64,000 bases of DNA, from positions 8,468 to 72,467 of the forward strand of contig CAYYNQ010000097.1 in the NCBI GenBank assembly GCA_964473105.1, read 5' to 3'. Below, piece after piece: positions 10,027 to 19,916 of this stretch. The first letter of the stretch is position 1, and every line of letters begins with the position of its first letter. A program made the translations under genes and the position numbers. This stretch comes from an uncultured Candidatus Sumerlaeota bacterium (lineage in GTDB: Bacteria > Sumerlaeota > Sumerlaeia > MVZB01). Below the pieces are notes generated by a model. The model had not been told where the DNA came from and did not search any database. It was given only the letters and a program-made list of their open reading frames with translations.

Positions 10027-10732
10027 AACGAATAAGACACTTGATTATTTGATCTCCCTCAACGAAGTGGATGCACTGATTGTCGAAACACGTGAAAAAC
10101 TGCTGCTTTACCCCCAAAGGATTCGGAAAATGAAAGGGGAAGGAGCACGGCAGGAGAAGAAGTGCGACGATGCTTGTGAAAGATATGATCGGGCTCATCA
10201 GCAGCGCCGGATTGCGGAAAAGGAGGTTTTTGCATTACGGGATGAGATTGACAGGGAACAGGCCAAACTGATGGAGGTCAAGAGCAACAAGGAATATAAC
10301 GCTGTCCTACAGGAGATCGCGAGTGCCCGGGAAAGAATCGATGAATGGGAGATGACGGGCCTTGAACAACTCGAGCTGGAGGAGAAGGCCGATCTGGAAC
10401 GTGATGGTGAAAAGGGTATTCTGGACCGGATGCGATCCGAGCAGGCGGCGGAGGAATCTCGTCTCGATGGGCTGATTGCTGAGAAACGGGAGCGATTGCA
10501 TAATCTTGAAGAGGAGAGGATTCAGAGGGTTGGAATAATCGATGGTGTATGGATCGATGAATATGAATTGCTGATGGAACGCTACCCCGGAACCGTGGTT
10601 GTGGAAATCGAAAATGATCACTGCAGTGGATGCAACTGGAAGCTCGTTGCGAGCACGATCCAGCGTGTTCACTTGAACAGGAATGTGGTGCGTTGTGAAC
10701 ACTGCAAGCGTGTTCTCTACCTGAAATCCTGA
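10019..10732 (+). CDS. Zinc-ribbon/coiled-coil protein (COG1579-like)
   Basis: Long coiled-coil region plus C-terminal C4 ribbon 'CSGCNWKL...CEHCKRVLY'. The likely ATG overlaps the ftsY stop. The open frame extends upstream to 9899, but that region overlaps ftsY. Confidence 0.55.
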   Translation: MNETNKTLDYLISLNEVDALIVETREKLLLYPQRIRKMKGEGARQEKKCDDACERYDRAHQQRRIAEKEVFALRDEIDREQAKLMEVKSNKEYNAVLQEIASARERIDEWEMTGLEQLELEEKADLERDGEKGILDRMRSEQAAEESRLDGLIAEKRERLHNLEEERIQRVGIIDGVWIDEYELLMERYPGTVVVEIENDHCSGCNWKLVASTIQRVHLNRNVVRCEHCKRVLYLKS

Positions 10733-10748
10733 AGGGAGATATCCGTTC

Positions 10749-11369
10749 GTGCAGCGTGGCGAATCCAAAAAAATCGTCATTTTCGGCGGCAGCAGTTTCG
10801 TTCCCGGTGATGAGGCCTACGAGGCGGCCCAATCACTGGGCCGTGCTGTTTCCGGGGCGGGATGGACGGTCGTGAACGGGGGATACGGCGGAACGATGCT
10901 GGCCGCTTCACACGGCGCGGCCATGGATGGCGGTGAGGTTATTGGTGTCGGCTGCACGATATTCAAGTCGGACCTGAACGAACACATCACGGAGTCCGTG
11001 ATGACACACAGCCTTTACGATCGGCTTGAGCGACTGATTGAACTCGGAGATGCCTATATTGTCTTGCCCGGTTCAACCGGCACGCTGGCCGAACTGGCAA
11101 TGGTCTGGGAGCTGGTGAACAAGAAGATGATCCCGGCCAGGCCGATTCTTTGCTGGGGGGATTTCTGGAGGCCCGTGGTCCGTATTTTTGCACAGGACGG
11201 CACCCAGGACCCGCGGATCAACACGCTGGGCGTCACCGAGCGCCGCGGAGACCTGATCCATTTTGTGGATTCGGCGGAACAGGCGGTAGGGGTGATCACG
11301 GAATTGACCCGAAATTTACCTTCCCGGACAATTCTTTCACGCTGGTTTTCAAGTCCCAAAGGTAACTGA
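10749..11369 (+). CDS. LOG-family protein (cytokinin riboside 5'-monophosphate phosphoribohydrolase-like, TIGR00730)
   Basis: 'IVIFGGSSF', 'VVNGGYGGTM' and 'PGSTGTLAELAMVWEL' (the PGGxGTxxE motif). Confidence 0.8.
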   Translation: MQRGESKKIVIFGGSSFVPGDEAYEAAQSLGRAVSGAGWTVVNGGYGGTMLAASHGAAMDGGEVIGVGCTIFKSDLNEHITESVMTHSLYDRLERLIELGDAYIVLPGSTGTLAELAMVWELVNKKMIPARPILCWGDFWRPVVRIFAQDGTQDPRINTLGVTERRGDLIHFVDSAEQAVGVITELTRNLPSRTILSRWFSSPKGN

Positions 11370-11372
11370 ATC

Positions 11373-11972
11373 ATGCTTGAACATTTAAAAGAGGCATTCT
11401 TTGGAGGGAATGTCCTCGAGATGACTGCAGTATGGACTGCAATCATCTATATCGTGCTGAGTATCAGGCAGAATGTCTGGTGCTGGTTGTTTGGAATAAT
11501 CAGTTGCATGGCGACCATGCTAACGGTCATGGGCCAGCTTCACATGCAGACGTTGCTCCAGGTTTTCTATATCGTGATGGGATTATACGGATGGTGGAAA
11601 TGGCACTCAGGGGAGGGTGAGAAAAAAGAATCTCCCGTGACAAGACTGACCCTTGAACAGGGATTGATTCTCCTTTCCGTCAGCCTGGTCGCATTTTTGG
11701 CCTTGGGCTTGGTTAACCGGTACCAACTGGAGAGCGACTTCCCCTGGTGGGATGCCCTGACGGCCGTTTTATCGATCACCGCGACCTACATGCTGGCAAG
11801 GAAAATCATCGAGAACTGGATCATCTTTTTCTTCATGGATGGAATCATGGTGGTCATTTTCGGGTTGCAGAAAATGAACGGGTTGCGTGCGATGATGATT
11901 ATCTACATGGCCATGGCAGGGGTCGGCTGGTGGACCTGGTATAAATCCATGAAGGCATCGAGCGCGCCATGA
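11373..11972 (+). CDS. pnuC: Nicotinamide riboside transporter PnuC
   Basis: About 200 aa, 7-8 TM. 'LYGWWKW' and 'GVGWWTWY' tryptophan-rich motifs are typical of PnuC. Confidence 0.8.
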   Translation: MLEHLKEAFFGGNVLEMTAVWTAIIYIVLSIRQNVWCWLFGIISCMATMLTVMGQLHMQTLLQVFYIVMGLYGWWKWHSGEGEKKESPVTRLTLEQGLILLSVSLVAFLALGLVNRYQLESDFPWWDALTAVLSITATYMLARKIIENWIIFFFMDGIMVVIFGLQKMNGLRAMMIIYMAMAGVGWWTWYKSMKASSAP

Positions 11973-12496
11973 AGCATGTCATCCTGATCGGCTCGGAATG
12001 CACCGGTAAGACAACCCTGGCGGAAAAACTTGCCCGTCATTTCGGCACGGTGTGGTCGGCCGAGGCGGTTAGGGAATACCTTGACCGGAAGGGAAGGCCT
12101 TTGACTTCGGGGGATGTTGATGCCATAGCACATGATCAGATCGAACTGGAGGACGGCGCCCTCGGGGAGGCGGAAAGAATGGATCGCACTATAGTCATCC
12201 ATGACACGAACCTGCTGTCAACGTGGATTTATGCATGTCATTATTATGGGGATGCCCCGATTTGGATCCATGAGGAGGTAAGGTTGAGACCTTATGACCT
12301 TTACTTATTAATGGATATTGATGTTCCTTGGAAAGCAGATGGTCAGCGTGACCGTCCGGATCGGCGTGAAGAGATGCATAAGTTATTCCTGCGCGAACTA
12401 AGTAAAATCCAGTGTAATTTCCATCTGATCAGCGGCACTCCTGAAAGACGGTTCAGCAAGGCGATTGAATTGATCAATCACCTTGTCGGGGCTTGA
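11969..12496 (+). CDS. AAA-type ATPase, NadR C-terminal-like ribosylnicotinamide kinase
   Basis: P-loop 'ILIGSECTGKTTLAEKLA'. Small kinase-like protein whose start overlaps the pnuC stop (ATGA). The pnuC-nadR(kinase) pairing is a well-known arrangement. Confidence 0.65.
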   Translation: MKHVILIGSECTGKTTLAEKLARHFGTVWSAEAVREYLDRKGRPLTSGDVDAIAHDQIELEDGALGEAERMDRTIVIHDTNLLSTWIYACHYYGDAPIWIHEEVRLRPYDLYLLMDIDVPWKADGQRDRPDRREEMHKLFLRELSKIQCNFHLISGTPERRFSKAIELINHLVGA

Positions 12497-12687
12497 ATTG
12501 AGAGCCTTTCCATGGTTGGGGATAGAATATTTTACGTATCAGGATCGTGCCCAACAAGTTTAAAGATGATCCCTTGGGAACCGTTAATCCCCGATCCATT
12601 ACTGGAATCGGGTCTACTAGCAGAATTGTATTATTTCAGGGGCATCGAGGGAGACCAATATTAATAGGAGAATCGGAAGGGACAATT

Positions 12688-13389
12688 CTACTGGGATTGG
12701 ATCACCAGGTAACCGGCGCGGTTCATATTGCCTGAACCTCCGGCACGATAGATGTTCCCCACACTTTTTGTCCCATTTGTCGGGTCATAGATTGTCCCCA
12801 GCAGGGCATTGGGATTCTGGTCAGCCTCGGCGAAAATTACCTGGATGTTGCTTTCCGGGTTGCCGGGTTCGGGTGGATCGGTCGGCCCGAAATTCGAGGT
12901 GAAACCCATCATCAGGTCCGGGCCGTTACTAATCAACAGCCACCAAGTTGCATTCTCACCGACGCTAATGTGGCCCAGGGTCTTGTTCCATGCAGATATC
13001 ATGCGTCCGTCCCGGGTCATCGGGTCCCACTGGTATGTGGTATACATCGTGCTATCATCACGACGCTCGACAAACGGATCCTGTATGTCCCCCGTGGTCA
13101 TATAGGCGATCGGTGTCGACAGCAGAAACAGGCTGTGGCTGCCATCCGGGTTGTTTCCGTCGATAAATTCACCAAAACCACTTGGCCAGCCGTTGTTATC
13201 CATGTGATAGGCCTCAATCGCGGTATTCAGGGAACGCATGTCGGTTTTGACACGGCTGACCTTGGATCGGGTCTGGGCTTCAAGGAAATTCGGCACGGCG
13301 ATGGCCGCAAGGATTGCAATGATAGCGACAACGATCAGTAGTTCAATTAACGTGAATCCGATTTTATCCCGAATGCTTAGGCTATTCAT
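12688..13389 (-). CDS. Prepilin-type N-terminal cleavage/methylation domain protein (DUF1559/H-X9-DG-like pseudopilin)
   Basis: 'GFTLIELLIVVAIIAILAAIAVPNF' class III signal/prepilin motif at the N-terminus. The ORF is open to 13434, but the Met before the prepilin leader is at 13389. Paralog of the gene at 49331-49996. Confidence 0.8.
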   Translation of the reverse strand: MNSLSIRDKIGFTLIELLIVVAIIAILAAIAVPNFLEAQTRSKVSRVKTDMRSLNTAIEAYHMDNNGWPSGFGEFIDGNNPDGSHSLFLLSTPIAYMTTGDIQDPFVERRDDSTMYTTYQWDPMTRDGRMISAWNKTLGHISVGENATWWLLISNGPDLMMGFTSNFGPTDPPEPGNPESNIQVIFAEADQNPNALLGTIYDPTNGTKSVGNIYRAGGSGNMNRAGYLVIQSQ

Positions 13390-13729
13390 TATATTTCTCC
13401 TATTTCGCAGATGATCCGCACTAGGTTCGTTCACCCTATGGTGGCCTGGGTTGGCCGGGGGGTGAGCGGAAGCTGTATGCTTTGAAATGGAAATCGGGCC
13501 ATCGAAAGCTTTCCTGCCCCGGGATGGTCCGGTTCAGGTTCAAAGGGTTTACTCTCAGCTCCGCATATGCGGGGCACCCCTAGCGTGGACTCAAGGATAG
13601 TGATTCCAAAATATCTGCGCAAGATGAAAAATATGGGAGGCATCGCTGTATTCAGGTTTATGGTCGGGCTCCGGCATTTTTGATGGCTGTTGGGAAGGGA
13701 GCAGTGAGGGAATGGAACCAAGAGTCTAG

Positions 13730-14932
13730 TTACGTCGATCCCGACTCCGAAACGGGTTGAGACAGGAGGGCCAGATAAGATTCATCAAGACGTTTTGCAG
13801 AAGTTTTCCAACTGTAGGTTTGTAGTGCGCTGGGCGGGATTTTGTTGGGCCATGTGGTTTCGCTGACGATGCGGGGAAACTCATCGATTGGAGCAATCTG
13901 TATATGGGATTCCAGTGCAGGATAACCCCTGGTGCCGAATTCGGTTGATACCACGGGCAGTCCTGTCGCGGCATACTCAGCAAGTTTGATATTGCTGCCC
14001 GATCCGGATATCATGGGATTCAAGCCTATGTCAGCCGATTGCAGCCATGGCAGGATATCGTCGGCCCTCCCAATTAGGGTCACATTGGGCGGGATCGCAC
14101 CCTTTACGTCCAGCAATCGGCATATGTCCCCAACGATATAGTATTTTACCCTCGGATCCTTTGTTGAAGGAGCGATTGTTTCCATGATGGCCCGAGCCGC
14201 CTCAATGTTGGGAGGCGTGCCGGAACCTGTGAAGATCACCGCCTTTTCACTGTTTTTTATTCCAAGGGCCTCCCTTGTTGTTTTTCTTCTCTCCGGATCC
14301 GTTGGCCGAAAACGTTTCTCGTCAAATCCATTTGGGACAATATGGATGCGATCCGGATTAACATTACATTTTTCAGATATCCAGTCAGCATCCTGCTTGC
14401 TGCATGTGCAGATTGCGTCTGCATTTTCAATAGCTCCGCGCTCATTTACGAGAAGTCGTTTTCGCCAAAACCCGCCGAGCAGCCTGTCGTTCAGCTGTCC
14501 TTCCCAGTATTGAGACTCAATATTGTGAGCATTGTATACAATGCGTGCGTGACTCCGGACTACGGGGTAAATATTGACGAACCATGGGAAATCGAACTGG
14601 ATGATGTCGTAACGGTTCAGAGTGCAAATCTGCCTGAAAAGGTTTCGCAGGTGGCCGAACCATGAAGGTAATTCGGTCATGGGCATCAGGTGCAGACGGT
14701 TAAGGAGCAGGGGAATATCCAGGAGGAGACTATGCTGTTGCTCAACTTGGAATCCGGGCCGGATCTCCTTGCGTAATGCGGGGTAATTTCGGGCGACGAA
14801 ACCGATGAGACGGACATTGTGGCCGGAATTCGCCAGTGATCCGGCAAGATGTCTTGAACGGAGTTCACCGCCGAAGCGTGGATCTGCAACGGTTCCCGAG
14901 GTAACAATCAGGATTTTTAAATGGGAGGACAT
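13730..14932 (-). CDS. Glycosyltransferase family 4 (GT-B, group 1)
   Basis: N-terminal 'KILIVTSGTVADPRFGGELRSRHLA' and a C-terminal GT4 sugar-donor-binding region. 400 aa. Confidence 0.8.
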   Translation of the reverse strand: MSSHLKILIVTSGTVADPRFGGELRSRHLAGSLANSGHNVRLIGFVARNYPALRKEIRPGFQVEQQHSLLLDIPLLLNRLHLMPMTELPSWFGHLRNLFRQICTLNRYDIIQFDFPWFVNIYPVVRSHARIVYNAHNIESQYWEGQLNDRLLGGFWRKRLLVNERGAIENADAICTCSKQDADWISEKCNVNPDRIHIVPNGFDEKRFRPTDPERRKTTREALGIKNSEKAVIFTGSGTPPNIEAARAIMETIAPSTKDPRVKYYIVGDICRLLDVKGAIPPNVTLIGRADDILPWLQSADIGLNPMISGSGSNIKLAEYAATGLPVVSTEFGTRGYPALESHIQIAPIDEFPRIVSETTWPNKIPPSALQTYSWKTSAKRLDESYLALLSQPVSESGST

Positions 14933-14974
14933 ATCAGGCTATCTATCTGGCCGACCCGTCGCAGGCCCCGGGAA

Positions 14975-16162
14975 TTACTGCCCAAGTTTCATATAAATCG
15001 ATTCAAATCGTTTTGCAATACCTGGCCAGGAAAAATGCTCCCTTGCATACCGCCGGTTCATTTCGACAGCTCGGGTCATTATTTCTGTGTTGCGCATGCA
15101 TGACAGCAGCACGTCGGCAAGGGAACCTGGATCATCCATCGGAAACAGGGTCCCTCGGAGCCCGACTTCGAGGCACTCACGGTTGGCCTCAATATCACTG
15201 ATTACCGGGTAAATACCGGAAGCCATGGCCTCGAAAAGCGAGACCGATGCCCCATCAAATCTTGAGGTTGACACATAAATGTCATGGCCTCTCAACATTG
15301 CTGCCAGTTGTGCAGGGTCGGCCCAGCCGGAGAAGTTCACGACATTATTGAGGCCTAGTTCACGGGCGAGAGCCTTATATTTTTCACGGTCGGGACCATC
15401 CCCTGCAAGTGTGAGGCGGACATCGGGGTTTACCCTGATGACATCCACCATGGCGTACAGGATCTGAGATATATTGTAGGGATCTTCAAGCAGAGTGCGT
15501 GTACTGATGATTCTTGTGTATGACATATCCCGATCCGTCTTGGTATGGGCGGATTTGGCGAAAAAATCGTTACGAATCCCCATTGGGATATGGCGGCTTG
15601 TTTTCACGGGAACACCGAGGGACTCGCAGGCAGACTGGATGTGTCGTGCAGTGAAAGTCAGTGCCTTCGCCCGTTTCACTGTCCAGCGTGCAATGGGCCG
15701 GACAATTCGGTTATGGGCCGACATCCGTGCCTCCCTGCCGTGGACAGTCAACAGGTGTGGGATTTTGGATCTTGCTGACAGGATGGACCCAATCAGCCCT
15801 CCGGGAACCAGAAAGTGGCTGTGCAGAATGTCGAAAGACCGGTGCCTGATAATTCGCCTTCCGCACCGCAATGCCGACCACAGGTAGGTGATCATGCGAA
15901 TGACAGGTATCCGGCGGTATTCACCGAGGGGTTTCCCTTCAGACCAGAATCGGAAACGAAATATTTCCTCAGATCCATCAATCTTTATGTATGACTCATC
16001 CTCCGGGTGGATTGCAGATGTCATAATCGTGATCCGGTAACCTTTATCCTTCAGTGCCTGGACCAGGTTGTGGACGAATATACCTCGGTAATCACCAGGC
16101 CTTCCCGATGGGTAACCCGGTGCGATGAACAAGACATTCAATCTTTGGGATCCTGCAATCAT
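14975..16162 (-). CDS. Glycosyltransferase family 4
   Basis: 'RLNVLFIAPGYPSGRPGDYRGIFVHNL' plus a C-terminal GT4 domain ('VSTSRFDGASVSLFEAMASGIYPV'). The ORF is open to 16282, but the internal Met at 16162 avoids overlap with the upstream gene. Confidence 0.8.
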   Translation of the reverse strand: MIAGSQRLNVLFIAPGYPSGRPGDYRGIFVHNLVQALKDKGYRITIMTSAIHPEDESYIKIDGSEEIFRFRFWSEGKPLGEYRRIPVIRMITYLWSALRCGRRIIRHRSFDILHSHFLVPGGLIGSILSARSKIPHLLTVHGREARMSAHNRIVRPIARWTVKRAKALTFTARHIQSACESLGVPVKTSRHIPMGIRNDFFAKSAHTKTDRDMSYTRIISTRTLLEDPYNISQILYAMVDVIRVNPDVRLTLAGDGPDREKYKALARELGLNNVVNFSGWADPAQLAAMLRGHDIYVSTSRFDGASVSLFEAMASGIYPVISDIEANRECLEVGLRGTLFPMDDPGSLADVLLSCMRNTEIMTRAVEMNRRYAREHFSWPGIAKRFESIYMKLGQ

Positions 16163-16175
16163 AGCAATGAGCAAC

Positions 16176-18620
16176 TCAATCGATTTGGCCCGGAGCCTGA
16201 AAATCCGTGTTGAGCGGTCCCCTGTATACCAGTTCGGCCTCCCGGAGCGTAATATGTTGTCTTCCATAATCACCGGGAACAAAATCTGTCATCCATGTTG
16301 GCAGCCTGCCATCGGTTCCTTCGTGGGCTATGGATCGAATGAACAGCATTTCAAAAGGTTTTTCGGATTTGAACATGATTCTGAATGTTTCTGGATCCCT
16401 TGAGTTAAATACCATCGAGCCGACCGCATTCTCACCTGGCGGGACGTAAATATAGACGACGGGCCATTGTCCCCGTGGCGCCAGCAGGTTTGCGCTACGG
16501 GTCCCACCGCCCTTCAGGCGGAGTTCGTATTCACCGGAGGGACTGTCCGGGCATGTAAACAGATGCTCCCGGGTGCCGGTCAGTCGGTATCCCTGTAGAA
16601 TCATGTTTTTGTATGACCGATGACCGGACCAGATCGTGGGCTGGATATGATGAACAAGGGGGTGGATGTAACGGAAGAGTCGTCGGATCGATTCTCCCTT
16701 CGTTTTGAAGGGGGAATCGCCGGGTGTCCTGATCTCGATATTGAATGGCAGAGTCCGCAGTGATTTATCCCCCGGCGTTATCCATGCATCCTTGATAGGA
16801 AAGACGTCGATGCGGTATTTCCCGTCAGGAAAATATTTGGGGACTTCAAATATGTATTCCACTGGTATGTGAGAATTTTGAGGGAGGCATAACACGCCTC
16901 CTGTCATGTAGGAAAAACCGCCTGTCCTGATAGGGACGGGAACTGGTTTGTCTAGGCCAAGATGCCACCATCGGAGACCCATTAACCTTGTCTGTTCAAG
17001 GTGTTTCCATGTTATTTCCAGTGCGAAGCTGGTTCCGCGGTCGATCGACAAGGTTTTATCGTCCAGGGAATACCGGTTGGCCGGGTATATCCCGCCTCCA
17101 GGCCAGATGACCCCCGGTTCCTCGATCAGTTGTTCCCGGTCGGGATTGACCGGATTCTGTGGCACCCGGCCGGCCCTTTCATCATTGTCGAACAAAATCC
17201 CGTTCGGTTCACCGGGCAGGCTTGCCCACCGGATCCAGCTGACGGATGCAAGATCAAACACTTTTGGATCAAAACGGTCGATTGAATAAAAGAACCGGCT
17301 CTCTGGGGTCTTGCTGATATTGCCGAAACCGGTTCCGGTGATCAGGCTGACAGATCCTTCCATATCGTCGTTATATGCCTGTTCGTCGACAGGGATGTGT
17401 TTGCGATATACATCCACTACCTGTTCTATCTCGGGGCGCGGTTCAGCCGGATGTCCGAGTCTGGGGCCCAGTGGGTATAAAATCATGACCAGGGCGATGC
17501 AAGACAGGATACCCATGAAGGTTTCCACCGGCCTGCCGCGGGGCAGATGCCGGGACAACCTTGTTTCCTGCGCCGTAAAATTATTCCAGGCAATGGCGGC
17601 AAGGAGAAACATCTGATCCATTCCCCAGGCGGCCAGTGCCATTCCGGGAATGAGCAGATGACAAAAGTTGTAGACATTGATGTTGACGAGTAAATAGAAG
17701 CAAACCAATGCCGTGATGGCCGTGACCTGAAAAATCCACGGCGAGCGGAAGAGGCCGATCAATGCAAAAAAGATACCCGGCATGGTGAAGACCAGGACGA
17801 TCCGGGACAGGTACACCTTGTCCCAGAGTGTGGTTCCGAACCAACTCGCAAAATCGATATAGGTCACCCTGAACTGGTCTTTGAAAGAAAGCGCAATCTG
17901 GACTGGGTTGATATTGATCATCGCAAGAACGAAGGCGGTGGCGGCGATGATCAATATCAAAGCCACGATTCGCGTGCTTCGGGAGAGCCGACGTCCGCAA
18001 AGCAGGGCCAATAGAACGGACGGTAGCCAGACAAGCGAGGTTAACTTGGCAAGGGCTGAAAACATCAAAAGGAGGATCATGCAGAGCAACGGCCCGTATG
18101 TGTATCGGTTCTGTTGATGCAGTCTGAAGAAGAAAACCAATGCTCCGGCCTGGAACAGAAGGGCGAGTGGTTCGGCTAGGATAAGGCGGGAAATATCGGC
18201 ATGGAATGGATTCAAGCCGATCGCTGCGGTGAAAAACAGCGTGATTCGTCGGCGCGAGGCAATGGTTGTTGCCGGGCGGGCGGTGGCCATGAAAACTGCC
18301 AGCGCGGCCAGCAGGATAGTCAGTATGCTGAAGATGACGTTATAGGTGCGTGCAAGCGTCCATATTTCACAATTGAAAATCCGGCAGAGGCCGGAGGTTT
18401 TCCCGCTGATCCATGGAAGAATCTGAAGCTCGAGCCAGGATCTTCCGACATGGATAGATCCGGAACCGTCCATGATACGCTCAGTGAAAACATGGCTGGA
18501 ACGTTGCCGATCGGCCGGAAAATCGACTGGCGGCATGTCCAGTTGATTGGATCGGATATAAAGGGAGGCTACAAGAATCAGGAGGAATATTGGCCAGAAA
18601 CCCCGGCGGCTTTCGAGCAT
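16176..18620 (-). CDS. Large integral-membrane protein with C-terminal extracytoplasmic domain (putative GT-C fold glycosyltransferase, YfhO/ArnT/PMT-like)
   Basis: 815-856 aa. The N-terminal roughly 420 aa contain at least 10 predicted hydrophobic helices, and the C-terminal roughly 430 aa are soluble. It sits inside the glycan cluster. Start chosen at the Met at 18620 (MLESRRGFWPIFLLI); the ORF is open to 18746, which would overlap the DegT gene. Confidence 0.45.
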   Translation of the reverse strand: MLESRRGFWPIFLLILVASLYIRSNQLDMPPVDFPADRQRSSHVFTERIMDGSGSIHVGRSWLELQILPWISGKTSGLCRIFNCEIWTLARTYNVIFSILTILLAALAVFMATARPATTIASRRRITLFFTAAIGLNPFHADISRLILAEPLALLFQAGALVFFFRLHQQNRYTYGPLLCMILLLMFSALAKLTSLVWLPSVLLALLCGRRLSRSTRIVALILIIAATAFVLAMININPVQIALSFKDQFRVTYIDFASWFGTTLWDKVYLSRIVLVFTMPGIFFALIGLFRSPWIFQVTAITALVCFYLLVNINVYNFCHLLIPGMALAAWGMDQMFLLAAIAWNNFTAQETRLSRHLPRGRPVETFMGILSCIALVMILYPLGPRLGHPAEPRPEIEQVVDVYRKHIPVDEQAYNDDMEGSVSLITGTGFGNISKTPESRFFYSIDRFDPKVFDLASVSWIRWASLPGEPNGILFDNDERAGRVPQNPVNPDREQLIEEPGVIWPGGGIYPANRYSLDDKTLSIDRGTSFALEITWKHLEQTRLMGLRWWHLGLDKPVPVPIRTGGFSYMTGGVLCLPQNSHIPVEYIFEVPKYFPDGKYRIDVFPIKDAWITPGDKSLRTLPFNIEIRTPGDSPFKTKGESIRRLFRYIHPLVHHIQPTIWSGHRSYKNMILQGYRLTGTREHLFTCPDSPSGEYELRLKGGGTRSANLLAPRGQWPVVYIYVPPGENAVGSMVFNSRDPETFRIMFKSEKPFEMLFIRSIAHEGTDGRLPTWMTDFVPGDYGRQHITLREAELVYRGPLNTDFQAPGQID

Positions 18621-18684
18621 GCCGAAATGGTGTTCACGGTTGCGCCATTGAATGACAGGGCTGTCATGAGAATCCGTCACAGAT

Positions 18685-19863
18685 TCAATTTTGACCGGAC
18701 AAGAAATTTTGAATATTTTCAACGACGTAGTGTTGTTGAGACTCATTTAATTCGGGAAAGATCGGGAGTGCGAGTGCCTCCCGGCTAGCCTGTTCACTGA
18801 TGGGCATCATGCCTTTGCGGTAGCCGTGGTTCTTAAAGCAGGGCTGGAGGTGCAAGGGGAGTCCATAATATACATTGCAACCGATCCCGTTTTCCCTCAA
18901 GCAGGCCAAGAGTCCATCGCGTCTTTCCGGGTGCACGCGGATGACATACTGATGATACACATGGTTTTCAGAGATTGTCACAGCCGGGAATACGGTCGTC
19001 GGATCTAGCTGATCGGGGGATTGTGAACAGATGCCAGCCTCGCTGAGCAGCCGCCCATACCGGGCGGCATTCTCTGCCCTTGCCCGGCACCAGTCCTCCA
19101 GTAGAGGCAGTTTGACTCTGAGGACGGCAGCCTGCAGTGCGTCCAGTCGGGAATTGATTCCCAAAATCTCATGAATATACTGGCCGGTTTGGCCGTGGTG
19201 TCGCAACAGGCGCAGTTTCATACCCAGTTTCTCATCATGGCAGGTCATGAGGCCACCGTCCCCGAAACAACCTAGGTTTTTAGATGGAAAGAAACTGAAA
19301 CACCCGATATCACCCACTGTGCCGGCCTTTTTGCCATGCCAGGTTGCCCCAATTGCCTGGGCGGTGTCCTCAATTATTGCAATATCGTTCCCGACCTTCA
19401 GGTCCAGGAGTCTCTGCATATCGACACACTGGCCAAAAATATGGACGGGGATGATGACTCGCGTGCGGGGTGTGATCAGCGATTCAAGTAGACGGGTATC
19501 CATGTTGAAGCTGACCGGGTCAATATCACAGAAGACCGGTTTTAAGCCAAGGCGTACGATGGCTCCAACAGTTGCAAAAAAAGTGTAGGGGGATGTGATG
19601 ACCTCATCGCCAGGTTTCAAATCCAGGGCCATTAATGCGATTAGCAGTGCATCTGAACCTGAGGCGCAACCAATTGCATGAGATGAACCAAGCCATTCCG
19701 AGATCTCCTTTTCGAATAATTCCACCTCGGATCCCAAGACAAACCGCTGGGACTCAATAATACGCCGGACGGAAGATTCGATAGATTCCCTTATGGTCTC
19801 ATACTGTGATCCGAGATCCAGCATTTTGACGGAAGTGACTGGGTTGATTTGTTGTGAACTCAT
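18685..19863 (-). CDS. DegT/DnrJ/EryC1/StrS-family PLP-dependent sugar aminotransferase
   Basis: 'GSEVELFEKEISEWLGSSHAIGCASGSDAL' and 'FSFFPSKNLGCFGDGG' (PLP-lysine region). 392 aa. Confidence 0.85.
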   Translation of the reverse strand: MSSQQINPVTSVKMLDLGSQYETIRESIESSVRRIIESQRFVLGSEVELFEKEISEWLGSSHAIGCASGSDALLIALMALDLKPGDEVITSPYTFFATVGAIVRLGLKPVFCDIDPVSFNMDTRLLESLITPRTRVIIPVHIFGQCVDMQRLLDLKVGNDIAIIEDTAQAIGATWHGKKAGTVGDIGCFSFFPSKNLGCFGDGGLMTCHDEKLGMKLRLLRHHGQTGQYIHEILGINSRLDALQAAVLRVKLPLLEDWCRARAENAARYGRLLSEAGICSQSPDQLDPTTVFPAVTISENHVYHQYVIRVHPERRDGLLACLRENGIGCNVYYGLPLHLQPCFKNHGYRKGMMPISEQASREALALPIFPELNESQQHYVVENIQNFLSGQN

Positions 19864-19916
19864 GCTGTCCCTCTTAAATGATCTGGAATGGTGATGATGA
19901 ATGCCCTTGCCTTCAA

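Noticed and set aside
14975-18746. Apparent gene overlaps 16176-16282 and 18685-18746 between the big membrane protein and its neighbours
   Set aside because: These are resolved by internal in-frame Met starts (16162 for the GT4, 18620 for the membrane protein). They are not real overlaps or fusions.
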